A stretch of 64,000 nucleotides of DNA from Bacteroidia bacterium (GCA_023228875.1 JALOAG010000005.1:149801-213800); one strand, 5' to 3'; positions 9,570 to 19,435 are shown, counted from the first letter of the stretch. Translations and numbers: made by a program. The notes: generated from the sequence alone by a model not told the origin.

Positions 9570-10463
9570 TTATCGTGTCAGAACCGCATATACAAACCGA
9601 ATCATGTTGGTAATAGGATTTCTGGTAAAGACTTTTTTGGTAATCGTGTCTTCTATTGATTGGGTAAGGGCAGGAGAGTGTAATAAAATATTGTGGTGAT
9701 TTCTGAGCGGATGTGATTCAAGCAGAAACTTTTGGTCAGAAGCTTTGGTATGTGTAGAGTTGTCTCCAAAGCCAATGTTGACAACCAAATTGTCTGATGG
9801 AGAGACCGATTTAAGTCCTTGTACCCAATTCAAATATTGGTTTTGGAAATCCCAAGTGTCAATTTTGTTTTTATGTGTAAGCAGCAGGTTTCTGTACCAG
9901 AGTAGTTTGTTGTTGAGATTGCCCGGTACTAAATCGAAACGAAATTTGTAATCTTTCAAAGGAGTGGTGGTGTAATTGTCCCATACTCTTTTCCAAGTTG
10001 CCCAGCCCCAAATATGAGAATAACTGATTAGAATATGATTTTGTTGAATTTGCTTGTCAAACTCAACCAATGTGAAACCTGACACATGTCCTACCGTCAC
10101 ATCCTTTTCATAGAGTTTTAGCATATTGGAGCAAAATACAAAGAAATCATCATTGGGCAGGCAATCATCTTCTAAAATTATACCTTGTTCCGTGTGCTCA
10201 AAAAACCAAGTAATGGCAGAAGACACAGCGAGTTTGCATCCTAAATTCTGAGTGCGATAAAGGGTGTGCAGTTCACATTCCCAGTCTATATTGAATATAG
10301 CTTTGACTTGTTCAACCGTTTTGGCTTCTTGTGTATTTCTGGGACCGTCAACAGCGACAAAGAGTTGAGCCGGTTTGGCTTTTTTGATTTGGTCAAAAAC
10401 CCGTGTCGTCTGTGCAGGACGGTTAAATGCAATGAGTAGGACAGGAGCAATGTAGTCAGCCAT
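9570..10463 (-). CDS. Nucleotide-diphospho-sugar transferase (GT-A-like)
   Basis: PVLLIAFNRP, VAVDGPR, NLGCKLAVSSAITWFF, IILEDDCLP, WGWATWKR, NIGFG motifs. Confidence 0.85.
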   Translation of the reverse strand: MADYIAPVLLIAFNRPAQTTRVFDQIKKAKPAQLFVAVDGPRNTQEAKTVEQVKAIFNIDWECELHTLYRTQNLGCKLAVSSAITWFFEHTEQGIILEDDCLPNDDFFVFCSNMLKLYEKDVTVGHVSGFTLVEFDKQIQQNHILISYSHIWGWATWKRVWDNYTTTPLKDYKFRFDLVPGNLNNKLLWYRNLLLTHKNKIDTWDFQNQYLNWVQGLKSVSPSDNLVVNIGFGDNSTHTKASDQKFLLESHPLRNHHNILLHSPALTQSIEDTITKKVFTRNPITNMIRFVYAVLTR

Positions 10464-10535
10464 AGCGGGCGTTTTAGGGGCGGCAAGATACAACTGATTT
10501 TTTACGATAGTGTTTATAGTATAAGAAATTTACTT

Positions 10536-10543
10536 TAACTTTG
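10536..10543 (+). promoter_or_regulatory. Bacteroidota -7 element (TAACTTTG)
   Basis: Exact TAnnTTTG match 12 nt before ATG 10556. Confidence 0.55.
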
Positions 10544-10555
10544 TAAAAGCAAATT

Positions 10556-11260
10556 ATGATGTTTAAGAATTTAAAAAAGAAGTTGTTACGAATCTTGCCG
10601 ATTCACTACTATAAGATTAAAAGATGGTATTCTCAAGAGGGAGAGGATGCCATAATTCAAACATATTTTGAAGATATAGGAATGAAAAGAAAAGGATTTT
10701 ATGTAGATATTGGTGCACATCATCCCATCAGGTTTTCAAATACTCATTTGTTGTATAAAAGCGGTTGGAAAGGGTTAAACTTTGAACCTAATGTATCAAG
10801 CGGTAGGGCGTTTAAACTCTTCCGAAGAAGAGATAAAACAGTCCACATAGGAATTGGAAATGAAGAGTGTGAAAAAGACTTTTATGTGTTTGATGAACCA
10901 GCGATTAATAGTTTTGACAAAGCTGTTTCAGAAGACCGGGATAAAGAAAGTCCTTACAAACTTATAAAAGTTATAAAAATACCCATAATGAGATTGGAAA
11001 CGGCACTTGACAAATATTTGCCCAAGAATCAGAAAATTGATTTAATGTCCATAGATGTTGAGGGATTGGATTTAGAGGTAATGAAAAGCAATAATTGGGA
11101 GAAGTATAAACCCAATATGTTGTTGGTGGAAGATTTGGATTTTGACTTTGAAAATCTGCAATCATCAGAGGTTTGGAATTTCCTTAAAAAGCAGGATTAC
11201 AAGATTTATGCAAAAACCCACAGGACATTAGTGTTTGTGAGTAATAAAATCGAAAAATAA
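10556..11260 (+). CDS. FkbM family methyltransferase
   Basis: YSQEGED, GFYVDIGAHHP.RFSNT, IDLMSIDVEG.DLEV. Confidence 0.9.
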   Translation: MMFKNLKKKLLRILPIHYYKIKRWYSQEGEDAIIQTYFEDIGMKRKGFYVDIGAHHPIRFSNTHLLYKSGWKGLNFEPNVSSGRAFKLFRRRDKTVHIGIGNEECEKDFYVFDEPAINSFDKAVSEDRDKESPYKLIKVIKIPIMRLETALDKYLPKNQKIDLMSIDVEGLDLEVMKSNNWEKYKPNMLLVEDLDFDFENLQSSEVWNFLKKQDYKIYAKTHRTLVFVSNKIEK

Positions 11261-11267
11261 AACCAAC

Positions 11268-14141
11268 ATGAAGAAGATACTTTTATTGGCTGTTTTGATA
11301 CTTAACATCAATAAGGTATACTCTCAATTTGACACCCTTTTTTGGTTTGTTGCACCCGAGGTTCTGAATTATGGATATGATTTTGACAGACCTATTGTTT
11401 TCAGAATATCGACTGAGAATTTTGCAAGTACCGTTACTATTGATTTTCCCGCTAATCCTCTATTAACCCCTTATGTGATCAACATCGGTGCAAATAACAC
11501 TCTAACACAAGATGTTACGACTTATATAAACGATTTAGAAAATATCCAGCCCAATCAGGTATTAAACAAAGGAATAAGGATTAGAGCAACACAACCTGTG
11601 AGCGTCTACTATGAAGTAGTAAGTTCTATCCAATCTTTTTGCACATATTGTAGCCCAGATATTTTCACACTAAAAGGACAAAAGGCATTAGGTACTAAGT
11701 TTTATATCCCTTTTCAAACTGTATATCCTAACGGTACAAGCGGTTCTTATGCTGCTTTTGACATAGTAGCAACAGAAGACAATACATTTGTTACCATAAC
11801 ACCAAGTCAAAATATTGTGGGAGCAACAGCAGGAAACCCACTTACAGTTGTATTAAACAAGGGGCAAACATTTTCTGCAAGATCATCTTCTCAACAAGGC
11901 AATTTAAAACCGAGTGGTTCTAAGGTAATATCAAACAAACCGATTGCGATAACTATTAAAGACGATTTGGTTTTAATATCATCTTGTCAGGACTTGGCGG
12001 GCGACCAACTTGTTCCTGTTGATTATACTGGTACAGAATATATTGTGGTAAAAGGAAATCTAAATCCCTTTGACATAGTTTCAATTTTGGCAACGGAAGA
12101 CAATACAAATGTCGTCATTAACGGAACTTCGGTAGCAACTTTGAATGAGGGACAAACCTTTACATACAATCTCACTATCAACTGTATTTATATCCAAACA
12201 ACAAAAAAAACGTATGTAATTCATTTGACGGGAACGGGGTGTGAGGGTTCGTTAGCGGTTATTCCAGCTTTGTTCTTTTCATGTATCAAGCAATATGGTT
12301 TTACACGCCCTTCCGCTGATGATTTGTTTTTGTTTGTGATAGTAAAAAACGGTGGCGAGGGGAGTTTTGTGTTAAACGGTAACAGCACTCTGTTTATACC
12401 TGCTGATTTTTCAAATGTCCCCAATACAGGAGGACTTTACAAATACGCTAAAAAATCTTTCAATACTTCCACAGTACCTTCTAATGCAGGAAGTTTAATC
12501 AGAAATACAACACACCCTTTTCAGTTTGCATTACTAAATGGTAGAAATTCCGCAGGTGGTTCTCGCTATGCTTATTTCTCAAATTTTGAGGGCGAAAATA
12601 ATGAAGTAGATATTTCAGCCGAAAAAGCCGCACTTTGCGAGGGCGACACAATCCGTTTATATGGTCAAACTCTTGACCCCAATACCGTTAGTTGGACAGG
12701 TCCCAATGGCTTTACTTCCAATCAACTCAATATTGTTATTCCCAATGTATCGCCTGTTCATGCAGGCTACTATGTATTCACAACTTCCGCCCCTGCTTGC
12801 GGTTCCGGCAAAGATTCTGTTTATATAACTATCGCCTCCAAACCCATCAAACCCACAGTGAGTTCCAATCTCCCCGTTTGTTTGGGAGAAAAACTAATCT
12901 TAAAAATCACAAATAAACCCGGATTTGCTCATACTGTATCGTGGGATAAAGGTGCAAAAAGAGCTATTGGCATTGACGATTCATTGGTTTTTTATCCCAC
13001 ATTTCAGTCAGACGAAGCTGTGTATTCCGTACAATACCGTTCAGTCAGCAACGGTTGTTTGAGCGATACCGCACAAATCAAAGTGTCTCTGTTGCCCTTA
13101 CCCGACAAGCCCTCTATTACTTCTACTGCTACCAAGTATTGCGAATTTGACCATGTTGTCATCAGCAATAAAACGACTGTGCCACTAAGCACACAGTTTT
13201 CATGGAAAGGCGAACATGGGTTCTCGTCAAACCTTCGAAATATGATTGATTTAGACAGCATTAGAACCGGACAATCGGGTTGGTATAAACTCACCTTGAT
13301 TGACAGCAATGGATGCAAGAACGAGAGTGATTTGATTTATATTGACGTTATCCCTTATCCTGATTTGAGCAATGTATCCATTAGGTCAAATAGCCCTATT
13401 TGTTCTGGAGAGCCACTGAATCTCAAAGTACTTAATATAGATAGTAGTTTGGCAGTCAAATGGAAAGGTCCGTCAGGTTTTAGTTCAACATTGAAAGACA
13501 TACTAATTCCAAATACCACCACTGCCATGTCAGGGATATACAAACTAAGTGTGAGCCGTGATATTTGTGAATTTTCAGACACCTTGCAAACAGCTGTTTT
13601 AGTTAGACAAACACCCCGTGCGGATTTTGATTTTTTCCCTGCCATAGCGCGTACAGGACGCAATATTCACTTTATTAATAAGAGTTCTTTTGCTGCTGCT
13701 TATGAATGGAATTTTGGAGATTTCTCTGACCATTCGCCAGCCATTAACCCTGACCATATTTATGAACGTGAGGAAAGATTGTATATAACACTGATTGCAT
13801 ACAATATCGATTCTACTTGCATAGATTCTTCTGTCAAAAGACTGGATGTGTATAACTCCGAAGAAGGAGTGTATGTTCCAAGTGCTTTTTCTCCAAACAA
13901 TGACGGGAATAATGATATCTTTAAAGTAGTAGCAACAGGGGTAAAATTTGAAATTACATTAGAAGTTTATAATCGCTGGGGAGGTCTGATATTTAAAACG
14001 GAAGATGCTCGAAATATTGGTTGGGACGGAACCAACAGTGACATTCCGTGTCAGGAAGGGGTGTACATGTATGTTGTGCGATACATAAGCCTTGAAGATA
14101 AAGCTATTGTTACCTCCGGCACGGTTACTTTGTTGAGATAA
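11268..14141 (+). CDS. Secreted surface protein: IgGFc-binding-like N-terminus, Ig-like repeats, PKD domain and T9SS type B (gliding-motility-associated) C-terminal domain
   Basis: Signal peptide; LGTKFYIP, IVATEDNT.V.I and GDQLVPVDY.GTEYIV motifs; repeated C.G..I.L...W.GP.GF.S units; WNFGD...PDHIY; C-terminal YVPSAFSPNNDGNND.F...VYNRWGGLIF...GWDG...GVYMY...GTVTLLR. Confidence 0.88.
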   Translation: MKKILLLAVLILNINKVYSQFDTLFWFVAPEVLNYGYDFDRPIVFRISTENFASTVTIDFPANPLLTPYVINIGANNTLTQDVTTYINDLENIQPNQVLNKGIRIRATQPVSVYYEVVSSIQSFCTYCSPDIFTLKGQKALGTKFYIPFQTVYPNGTSGSYAAFDIVATEDNTFVTITPSQNIVGATAGNPLTVVLNKGQTFSARSSSQQGNLKPSGSKVISNKPIAITIKDDLVLISSCQDLAGDQLVPVDYTGTEYIVVKGNLNPFDIVSILATEDNTNVVINGTSVATLNEGQTFTYNLTINCIYIQTTKKTYVIHLTGTGCEGSLAVIPALFFSCIKQYGFTRPSADDLFLFVIVKNGGEGSFVLNGNSTLFIPADFSNVPNTGGLYKYAKKSFNTSTVPSNAGSLIRNTTHPFQFALLNGRNSAGGSRYAYFSNFEGENNEVDISAEKAALCEGDTIRLYGQTLDPNTVSWTGPNGFTSNQLNIVIPNVSPVHAGYYVFTTSAPACGSGKDSVYITIASKPIKPTVSSNLPVCLGEKLILKITNKPGFAHTVSWDKGAKRAIGIDDSLVFYPTFQSDEAVYSVQYRSVSNGCLSDTAQIKVSLLPLPDKPSITSTATKYCEFDHVVISNKTTVPLSTQFSWKGEHGFSSNLRNMIDLDSIRTGQSGWYKLTLIDSNGCKNESDLIYIDVIPYPDLSNVSIRSNSPICSGEPLNLKVLNIDSSLAVKWKGPSGFSSTLKDILIPNTTTAMSGIYKLSVSRDICEFSDTLQTAVLVRQTPRADFDFFPAIARTGRNIHFINKSSFAAAYEWNFGDFSDHSPAINPDHIYEREERLYITLIAYNIDSTCIDSSVKRLDVYNSEEGVYVPSAFSPNNDGNNDIFKVVATGVKFEITLEVYNRWGGLIFKTEDARNIGWDGTNSDIPCQEGVYMYVVRYISLEDKAIVTSGTVTLLR
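12620..13615 (+). repeat. About four degenerate Ig-like protein repeats (~85-90 aa) inside the T9SS protein; boundaries approximate
   Basis: Units begin LCEGDTIRL, VCLGEKLIL, YCEFDHVVI and ICSGEPLNL; three contain WTGPNGFTS, WKGEHGFSS or WKGPSGFSS. Confidence 0.6.
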
Positions 14142-14150
14142 AATCGCACA

Positions 14151-14813
14151 CTATTCACCCCACAAATGCGGAAAGAGAAAGAGTCCTGACAAAAGGTAAA
14201 GAATATCTAAAACCGTAATCAATGCCAATTCTTGTAAAATATTAGTTAAATCGGCATTAGCAGTCAATAACTCATTGGAAGCTGTAAATACAACCATCAA
14301 TAACGGAATTAACAATGGTATAGAAAGTAATGGCAATAAGACGGCAGCATTATTACTTGCCGATGCAATGGCGCCTGTAAAAGTGAAAATAGCTGCAAAA
14401 CCAAGAGAACACACTATGGACAAAGTAAATAGCGGAAGTAATGGAATAGGCGTAAAACCATATAACAAAATCAAAAATATCGCTCCAAATAAACTAACCA
14501 TTAGGATATAAATAAAATTGCTGAAAGTGCGCAACACAAAGAAATCTTTTGGTGCAATGATTTGATAAATATACAAATTTAACCCTTTTTGAGTCTGCAA
14601 GAAACTACGACTCAGCCCGCTCACAGACGCCATCAACGTGATGAGCCAGTAAAAGACCGACCAATCTTGCCCTTGCGGATGCTCCATGCCGTAATAAAAT
14701 ACAAGAACAAACGCAAAAGCCTGCATAACAGACGTAAGTATAAGTCTGCGCGAATTAAGTTCGAGAGAAATTTCAAGGGAAAGCCATTTAGTATAATTTT
14801 CAAGGGTTTTCAA
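14151..14813 (-). CDS. ccmB: Heme exporter protein CcmB
   Basis: Six-TM hydrophobic protein of 220 aa with LLPLLSIPLLIPLL signature and RSFLQ..GL.LY motif. Confidence 0.75.
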   Translation of the reverse strand: MKTLENYTKWLSLEISLELNSRRLILTSVMQAFAFVLVFYYGMEHPQGQDWSVFYWLITLMASVSGLSRSFLQTQKGLNLYIYQIIAPKDFFVLRTFSNFIYILMVSLFGAIFLILLYGFTPIPLLPLFTLSIVCSLGFAAIFTFTGAIASASNNAAVLLPLLSIPLLIPLLMVVFTASNELLTANADLTNILQELALITVLDILYLLSGLFLFPHLWGE

Positions 14814-14863
14814 TGTGATTTTTTGCCTTAATTTGCGCCTTGCAAAATAATAGAAATACTTTT

Positions 14864-15325
14864 ATGATTACTCCCTTCGAAAATTTATCAGACACGCACC
14901 AAGCTATTCTCAAAGATGCACCTTTTTGGGTAACCATGTGGGTTGGACTCGCAGACGGACATTTTACTCAAAAAGAACAGATTAAAGCAATTCAGACTTT
15001 AGAAATAAAGGCTTTTTCTGAATCACATGATGTGAGTGTTTTATACCAAGAAATCAAAAATCCTGCTTCAAGAATGGCTGATTTGTTGAATGAATTAATT
15101 GGAGATGTGGAAGCAGATCAGGTATTTGTAAAAGAGAAATTATTAGAAGTAAAGACTGTTTTAGAAGACATAGATAAATCATTTGCCCATGCACTTTTCA
15201 GAAGTTTGAAAAATGTCGGAGTCTATGTTGCCCTTGCTTCAGGTGGTATTTTCGGTTATGATAATATCAGCAGATCAGAAAAAGTAGCATATTCATTGGA
15301 CTTTGTTAAACCAAACATTCAATAA
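14864..15325 (+). CDS. Conserved hypothetical protein (possible TerB-like fold)
   Basis: AP..V...V..ADG....KE and VALASGG.FG...IS..EK pattern. ATG 14864 preferred over TTG 14840. Confidence 0.55.
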   Translation: MITPFENLSDTHQAILKDAPFWVTMWVGLADGHFTQKEQIKAIQTLEIKAFSESHDVSVLYQEIKNPASRMADLLNELIGDVEADQVFVKEKLLEVKTVLEDIDKSFAHALFRSLKNVGVYVALASGGIFGYDNISRSEKVAYSLDFVKPNIQ

Positions 15326-16815
15326 TGTTTTCAAAAATCTTAATTGCAAATCGAGGAGAGATTGCGGTGCGTGTCATTAGGACTTGCCGCGAGATGGGAA
15401 TTAGAACTGTTGCCGTATATTCAGAAGCAGATGCAGACGCACTCCATGTGAGGATGGCAGATGAATGTTACTGTATAGGTGCAGCCACCTCTTCGGAATC
15501 GTATTTAAGAATTGATAAAATAATAGATGTATGTAAAAAGTCCGGTGCAGAAGCCGTACATCCCGGATATGGATTTCTAAGTGAAAATGCCGGCTTTGCT
15601 CGAGCATTAAAAGAGGCAGGGATTACATTCATTGGTCCATCAGCAGAAAGCATGGAACTAATGGGAAGTAAAATTGCCAGTAAGCAGGCAGTGGCTAAGT
15701 TTGGTGTGCCTTTAGTACCGGGTATCAATACTGCTATTACAGACCCAATTGCAGCAGAACAAACTGCAATAGAAATTGGTTTTCCTGTCTTGATTAAAGC
15801 CTCAGCAGGAGGTGGCGGTAAAGGAATGAGGGTAGTAAATAATAAAGAAGAATTTCTCTCTGCTTTGCAAATGGCACAAAGTGAAGCCCGAAATTCATTT
15901 GGTGATGATTCTGTATTCATTGAGAAATATGTGCAGAAACCTCGACATATTGAAATACAGGTATTGGCAGATGGAAACGGCAACAGTATTTATTTGTTTG
16001 AGCGTGAATGTTCAATTCAACGCAGACATCAGAAATTAGTGGAAGAGGCTCCTTCGGGCATTTTGACACCGGAACTTAGAAAAAAAATGGGAGAGGCTGC
16101 TGTGAATGTTACGAAAGCGTGCGACTATCAAGGTGCAGGAACAGTTGAATTTTTGTTGGATGCCAATATGAATTTCTATTTTTTAGAAATGAATACTCGT
16201 TTGCAAGTTGAGCATCCGGTAACCGAACTGATTACCGGGCTGGACTTAGTGAGAGAGCAAATTAGAATAGCAGCAGGTTTAGGATTCTCTTTTAATCCCG
16301 AAGATTTAAAAATCAATGGACATGCAATAGAATTAAGAGTATGTGCCGAAGATCCTTATGAGAACTTCATGCCTGATACTGGACAATTAAGTGTATATAG
16401 AATTCCTAAGGGACCTGGCGTGCGTGTTGATGATTGTGTGGAAGAGGGGATGAGTATTCCGATTTTTTATGATAATATGTTTGCAAAATTGGTAGTGTGG
16501 GCAGAAACAAGAGAATTAGCCATACAGCGAATGAAACGTGCGATCTATGAGTTTGAAATTAATGGAGTGGCTACGACATTGCCTTTTGGTGAGTTTGTAA
16601 TGAACCATCCTGATTTTGTGAATGCTGATTTTGATACATCATTTATTGCCAAGAATTTCACACCGGATAAATTGAGTACAACTGAAGTTTCTAATGATTT
16701 ATTGCAAGCAGCTTCTATTGCCGCTGTCGAAGTTTATCAAATGCCACAATCTGCTCAATACGATACTCAAGAAGCGCCTGAGGCAAGTAAATGGTACCAA
16801 AACCGTAAAGGATAG
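15325..16815 (+). CDS. accC: Biotin carboxylase subunit of an acyl-CoA carboxylase (no fused BCCP domain)
   Basis: KILIANRGEIA, HPGYGFLSEN, GGGGKGMR, ERECSIQRRHQK, FLEMNTRLQVEHPVTE. Substrate (acetyl, propionyl or methylcrotonyl-CoA) cannot be resolved from sequence alone. Confidence 0.9.
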   Translation: MFSKILIANRGEIAVRVIRTCREMGIRTVAVYSEADADALHVRMADECYCIGAATSSESYLRIDKIIDVCKKSGAEAVHPGYGFLSENAGFARALKEAGITFIGPSAESMELMGSKIASKQAVAKFGVPLVPGINTAITDPIAAEQTAIEIGFPVLIKASAGGGGKGMRVVNNKEEFLSALQMAQSEARNSFGDDSVFIEKYVQKPRHIEIQVLADGNGNSIYLFERECSIQRRHQKLVEEAPSGILTPELRKKMGEAAVNVTKACDYQGAGTVEFLLDANMNFYFLEMNTRLQVEHPVTELITGLDLVREQIRIAAGLGFSFNPEDLKINGHAIELRVCAEDPYENFMPDTGQLSVYRIPKGPGVRVDDCVEEGMSIPIFYDNMFAKLVVWAETRELAIQRMKRAIYEFEINGVATTLPFGEFVMNHPDFVNADFDTSFIAKNFTPDKLSTTEVSNDLLQAASIAAVEVYQMPQSAQYDTQEAPEASKWYQNRKG

Positions 16816-16817
16816 CT

Positions 16818-17312
16818 TTATTTAATCTCCTTTTTTATTTTTTCCGTAATCTCTGCAACTGCAGGGCAAATTAGCGTATTCCTATATGTGATGTCAAGGA
16901 TTTGTGCGATATTCTTTCTGTCAGTATGTGGGTATTCTCTGCATGCTTTAGGTCTTACTTCGTAAATCGTGCAATAATTATCTACACCAAGAAACGGGCA
17001 GGGAGCGTAGTTGAGTACCCAGTCTTCATCTTCATCAATGTGCAAATATTTTTCTGTAAAATCTGAGGGACGCATTCCAAGATGTTTTGCAATCCGATCA
17101 ATATCCACATCTCTAAAAATGGGTGAAGTTGTTTTACAGCAATTAGCACAATCCAAGCAATGAATATGTTCAAATGCTTCCTCGTGTAAAGGGTGGAAAA
17201 TAAGATCTAAGTCTTTTCTGCGCTTTAGGTTACGGTAGCATTTCCGGTTTTCTTTCTTTTTTTGATGTGCAACCTCTATGAGTTTGCGATAGGAATCCGG
17301 TAGGTCAGTCAT
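16818..17312 (-). CDS. YkgJ family cysteine-cluster (putative Fe-S/Zn) protein
   Basis: CLDCANCCK, PCPFL...NYCTIYEVRPKACREYP, C-terminal ICPA. Confidence 0.85.
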   Translation of the reverse strand: MTDLPDSYRKLIEVAHQKKKENRKCYRNLKRRKDLDLIFHPLHEEAFEHIHCLDCANCCKTTSPIFRDVDIDRIAKHLGMRPSDFTEKYLHIDEDEDWVLNYAPCPFLGVDNYCTIYEVRPKACREYPHTDRKNIAQILDITYRNTLICPAVAEITEKIKKEIK

Positions 17313-17361
17313 TGCTCAATGAACTGTGTTGAACACAATAAGTAACAATTGGAATGTTCAA

Positions 17362-18336
17362 TTAAAACTCAAGTTTTTCAATGCTTTCATTGATAGCCTT
17401 TTCAATTTGATCCTGAATATTGGTATAATCTCTTGGAACAAACTTTGTCTGAATAAAGGTTTCATACATTTCTACATATCTGTCAGTAACAGATTGCACA
17501 AACTCAGGTGTCATCTCAGGAACAAGTTGTCCCTTTTCACCCCAGAATCCATTTGCCATCAACCATTCTCTCACAAACTCCTTAGAAAGTTGCTTTTGAG
17601 GTTGACCTGCTTTTTGTGCTTTTTCGTAGCTATTCAAATAGAAGAAACGCGAAGAGTCCGGTGTATGCACTTCGTCAATCAACATTACTTTCTTGTCATG
17701 AATTCCAAATTCGTATTTTGTATCTACCAAGATAAGTCCGCGTTCTGCTGCTAATTGAGTTCCTCTTTCATAAAGTTTAAGAGAGGCTTCAGACATTTTT
17801 TCTAATTGTTTTTTTGTGCAAAGCTTTTGTTCTAAGATGTCTTCCATAGTAACATCTTCATCATGACCGGCATGGTTCTTAAACGTAGGTGTAATAATAG
17901 GGTGAGGAAGTTTGTCATTCTCTTTAAGCCCTTCAGGGAGTTTTACCCCGCAAATAATCCTTTTGCCTGATTTATATACCCTCCAAGCATGTCCGCATAA
18001 ATATCCTCTCACCACCATTTCAACCGGTATGGCTTCACATTTGTATCCTATTGTAACATTTGGGTCAGGAGTAGATATTTTCCAAGTTGGGATGATAGCA
18101 CTACAGTTGTCAAGGAAGAAAGAAGAAATATGGGTTAATATTTGACCTTTGTATGGAATTGCTTTTGGAAGAACATTGTCAAATGCTGAAATACGGTCGC
18201 ATGCAATCAACACGATATATTTGTCGGCTAAGGTATATACATCTCTAACTTTTCCTCTGAAGAATGAACTTTGGTTTCTAAAAAAGAAATTAGTTGCCAT
18301 AAGTTCGGTATCTATTTCTGTTGCCATTTTTGTCAA
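17362..18336 (-). CDS. purC: Phosphoribosylaminoimidazolesuccinocarboxamide (SAICAR) synthase
   Basis: GKVRDVY, DRISAFD, PVEMVVRGY, LVDTKYEFG, DEVHTPDSSRF, QLSKEFVR. Confidence 0.96.
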   Translation of the reverse strand: MTKMATEIDTELMATNFFFRNQSSFFRGKVRDVYTLADKYIVLIACDRISAFDNVLPKAIPYKGQILTHISSFFLDNCSAIIPTWKISTPDPNVTIGYKCEAIPVEMVVRGYLCGHAWRVYKSGKRIICGVKLPEGLKENDKLPHPIITPTFKNHAGHDEDVTMEDILEQKLCTKKQLEKMSEASLKLYERGTQLAAERGLILVDTKYEFGIHDKKVMLIDEVHTPDSSRFFYLNSYEKAQKAGQPQKQLSKEFVREWLMANGFWGEKGQLVPEMTPEFVQSVTDRYVEMYETFIQTKFVPRDYTNIQDQIEKAINESIEKLEF

Positions 18337-18365
18337 TTTTAGTTGTTTAGATTTTTTTGAGCGTG

Positions 18366-18373
18366 CAAATTTA
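18366..18373 (-). promoter_or_regulatory. Bacteroidota -7 element (TAAATTTG)
   Basis: Exact match upstream of purC. Confidence 0.5.
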
Positions 18374-18384
18374 TATCTTTACTG

Positions 18385-19374
18385 TTATCCTTCAACAATT
18401 CCTTCTTTGTCATAAGCTTTAAGAATTTCCACAACAAGTTTATGTCTTAGTACATCTTTGTTATTCAAATGAATAATATTAACGCCCTCAATATCATTCA
18501 AGATTTTAATTGCACGTTTGAGCCCTGATTTTTGTTTTTGAGGCAGGTCGATTTGACTTAAATCTCCGGTTACAATTACTTTTGCATCTTTTCCCATACG
18601 GGTTAAAAACATTTTGAGTTGTAAATCTGTGGTGTTTTGAGCTTCATCCAAGATGATGAAACAGTTGTTGAGTGTTCGTCCACGCATAAACGCAAGAGGA
18701 GCAATCTCAATGGTTCTGTTTTCTAGAAAAGTTTTTAATTTATCCAGAGGAATCATGTCTTCCAGTGCGTCATATAACGGACGGAGGTAAGGGTCAATTT
18801 TTTCTTTTAAATCACCGGGCAAAAAACCCAGACTCTCACCGGCCTCAACAGCCGGTCGGGTAAGGATTATCTTCTTAACCTCTTTGTTCTTGAGTGCTCT
18901 GACAGCCAGAGCAACAGCTGTATATGTTTTTCCCGTGCCGGCAGGACCAACTGCAAAAACCACATCATTGTGTTCTATGCTCTCCACCATCTTTTGTTGG
19001 TTGTGTGTTTTTGCAATAACCGGTTTGGCATCATTGCCATACAGTATGATTACAGCATGTGGATGTTGATGATTTGAGTGTGTTTTGGATGTAGTGTTCT
19101 TTTTGTTATCTGATTTTTCGTCATGCTCCCCAAATATCTCATGGATGTGGTAATCGCTCACATTCATTTCTTTTTTTAAAAAAGAAAAATATAGATTGAG
19201 TTTTTTTTCGAATGACTCAATGTCCTTTTTATCACCATTAATTTTGATTTCGTTGCCTCGTCCGATTATTTTGATGTTGGGACTCAGTTCTTTTATGAGG
19301 TTTAATACATAGTCATTGCTGCCATAAATACGCTGTGGCTCAATGCCCTCAATGGTTATTAATTTTTCTTGCAA
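18385..19374 (-). CDS. phoH: PhoH family ATPase
   Basis: GPAGTGKT, RPAVEAGESLGFLPG, APLAFMRGRTL, ILDEAQN, GDLSQIDLP. Likely TTG start at 19374, downstream of a -7 element. Confidence 0.92.
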   Translation of the reverse strand: MQEKLITIEGIEPQRIYGSNDYVLNLIKELSPNIKIIGRGNEIKINGDKKDIESFEKKLNLYFSFLKKEMNVSDYHIHEIFGEHDEKSDNKKNTTSKTHSNHQHPHAVIILYGNDAKPVIAKTHNQQKMVESIEHNDVVFAVGPAGTGKTYTAVALAVRALKNKEVKKIILTRPAVEAGESLGFLPGDLKEKIDPYLRPLYDALEDMIPLDKLKTFLENRTIEIAPLAFMRGRTLNNCFIILDEAQNTTDLQLKMFLTRMGKDAKVIVTGDLSQIDLPQKQKSGLKRAIKILNDIEGVNIIHLNNKDVLRHKLVVEILKAYDKEGIVEG

Positions 19375-19401
19375 ACTATCTCCTTTATTTAATGTGTCCA
19401 A

Positions 19402-19420
19402 TAAATTTGCCCCAAAATTA
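19402..19420. promoter_or_regulatory. Back-to-back -7 elements: TAAATTTG (+, 19402-19409) and TAATTTTG (-, 19413-19420)
   Basis: Sequence TAAATTTGCCCCAAAATTA in the 61-bp gap between divergent phoH and the SAM-dependent transferase gene. Confidence 0.55.
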
Positions 19421-19435
19421 ATCCTTTTCTTTTTA

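Noticed and set aside
17326-17754. 142-aa plus-strand ORF
   Set aside because: Antisense shadow of purC with no motifs. The same reasoning was applied to the many 60-170 aa ORFs nested opposite dnaK, accC, mfd, purA, fumC and paaA.
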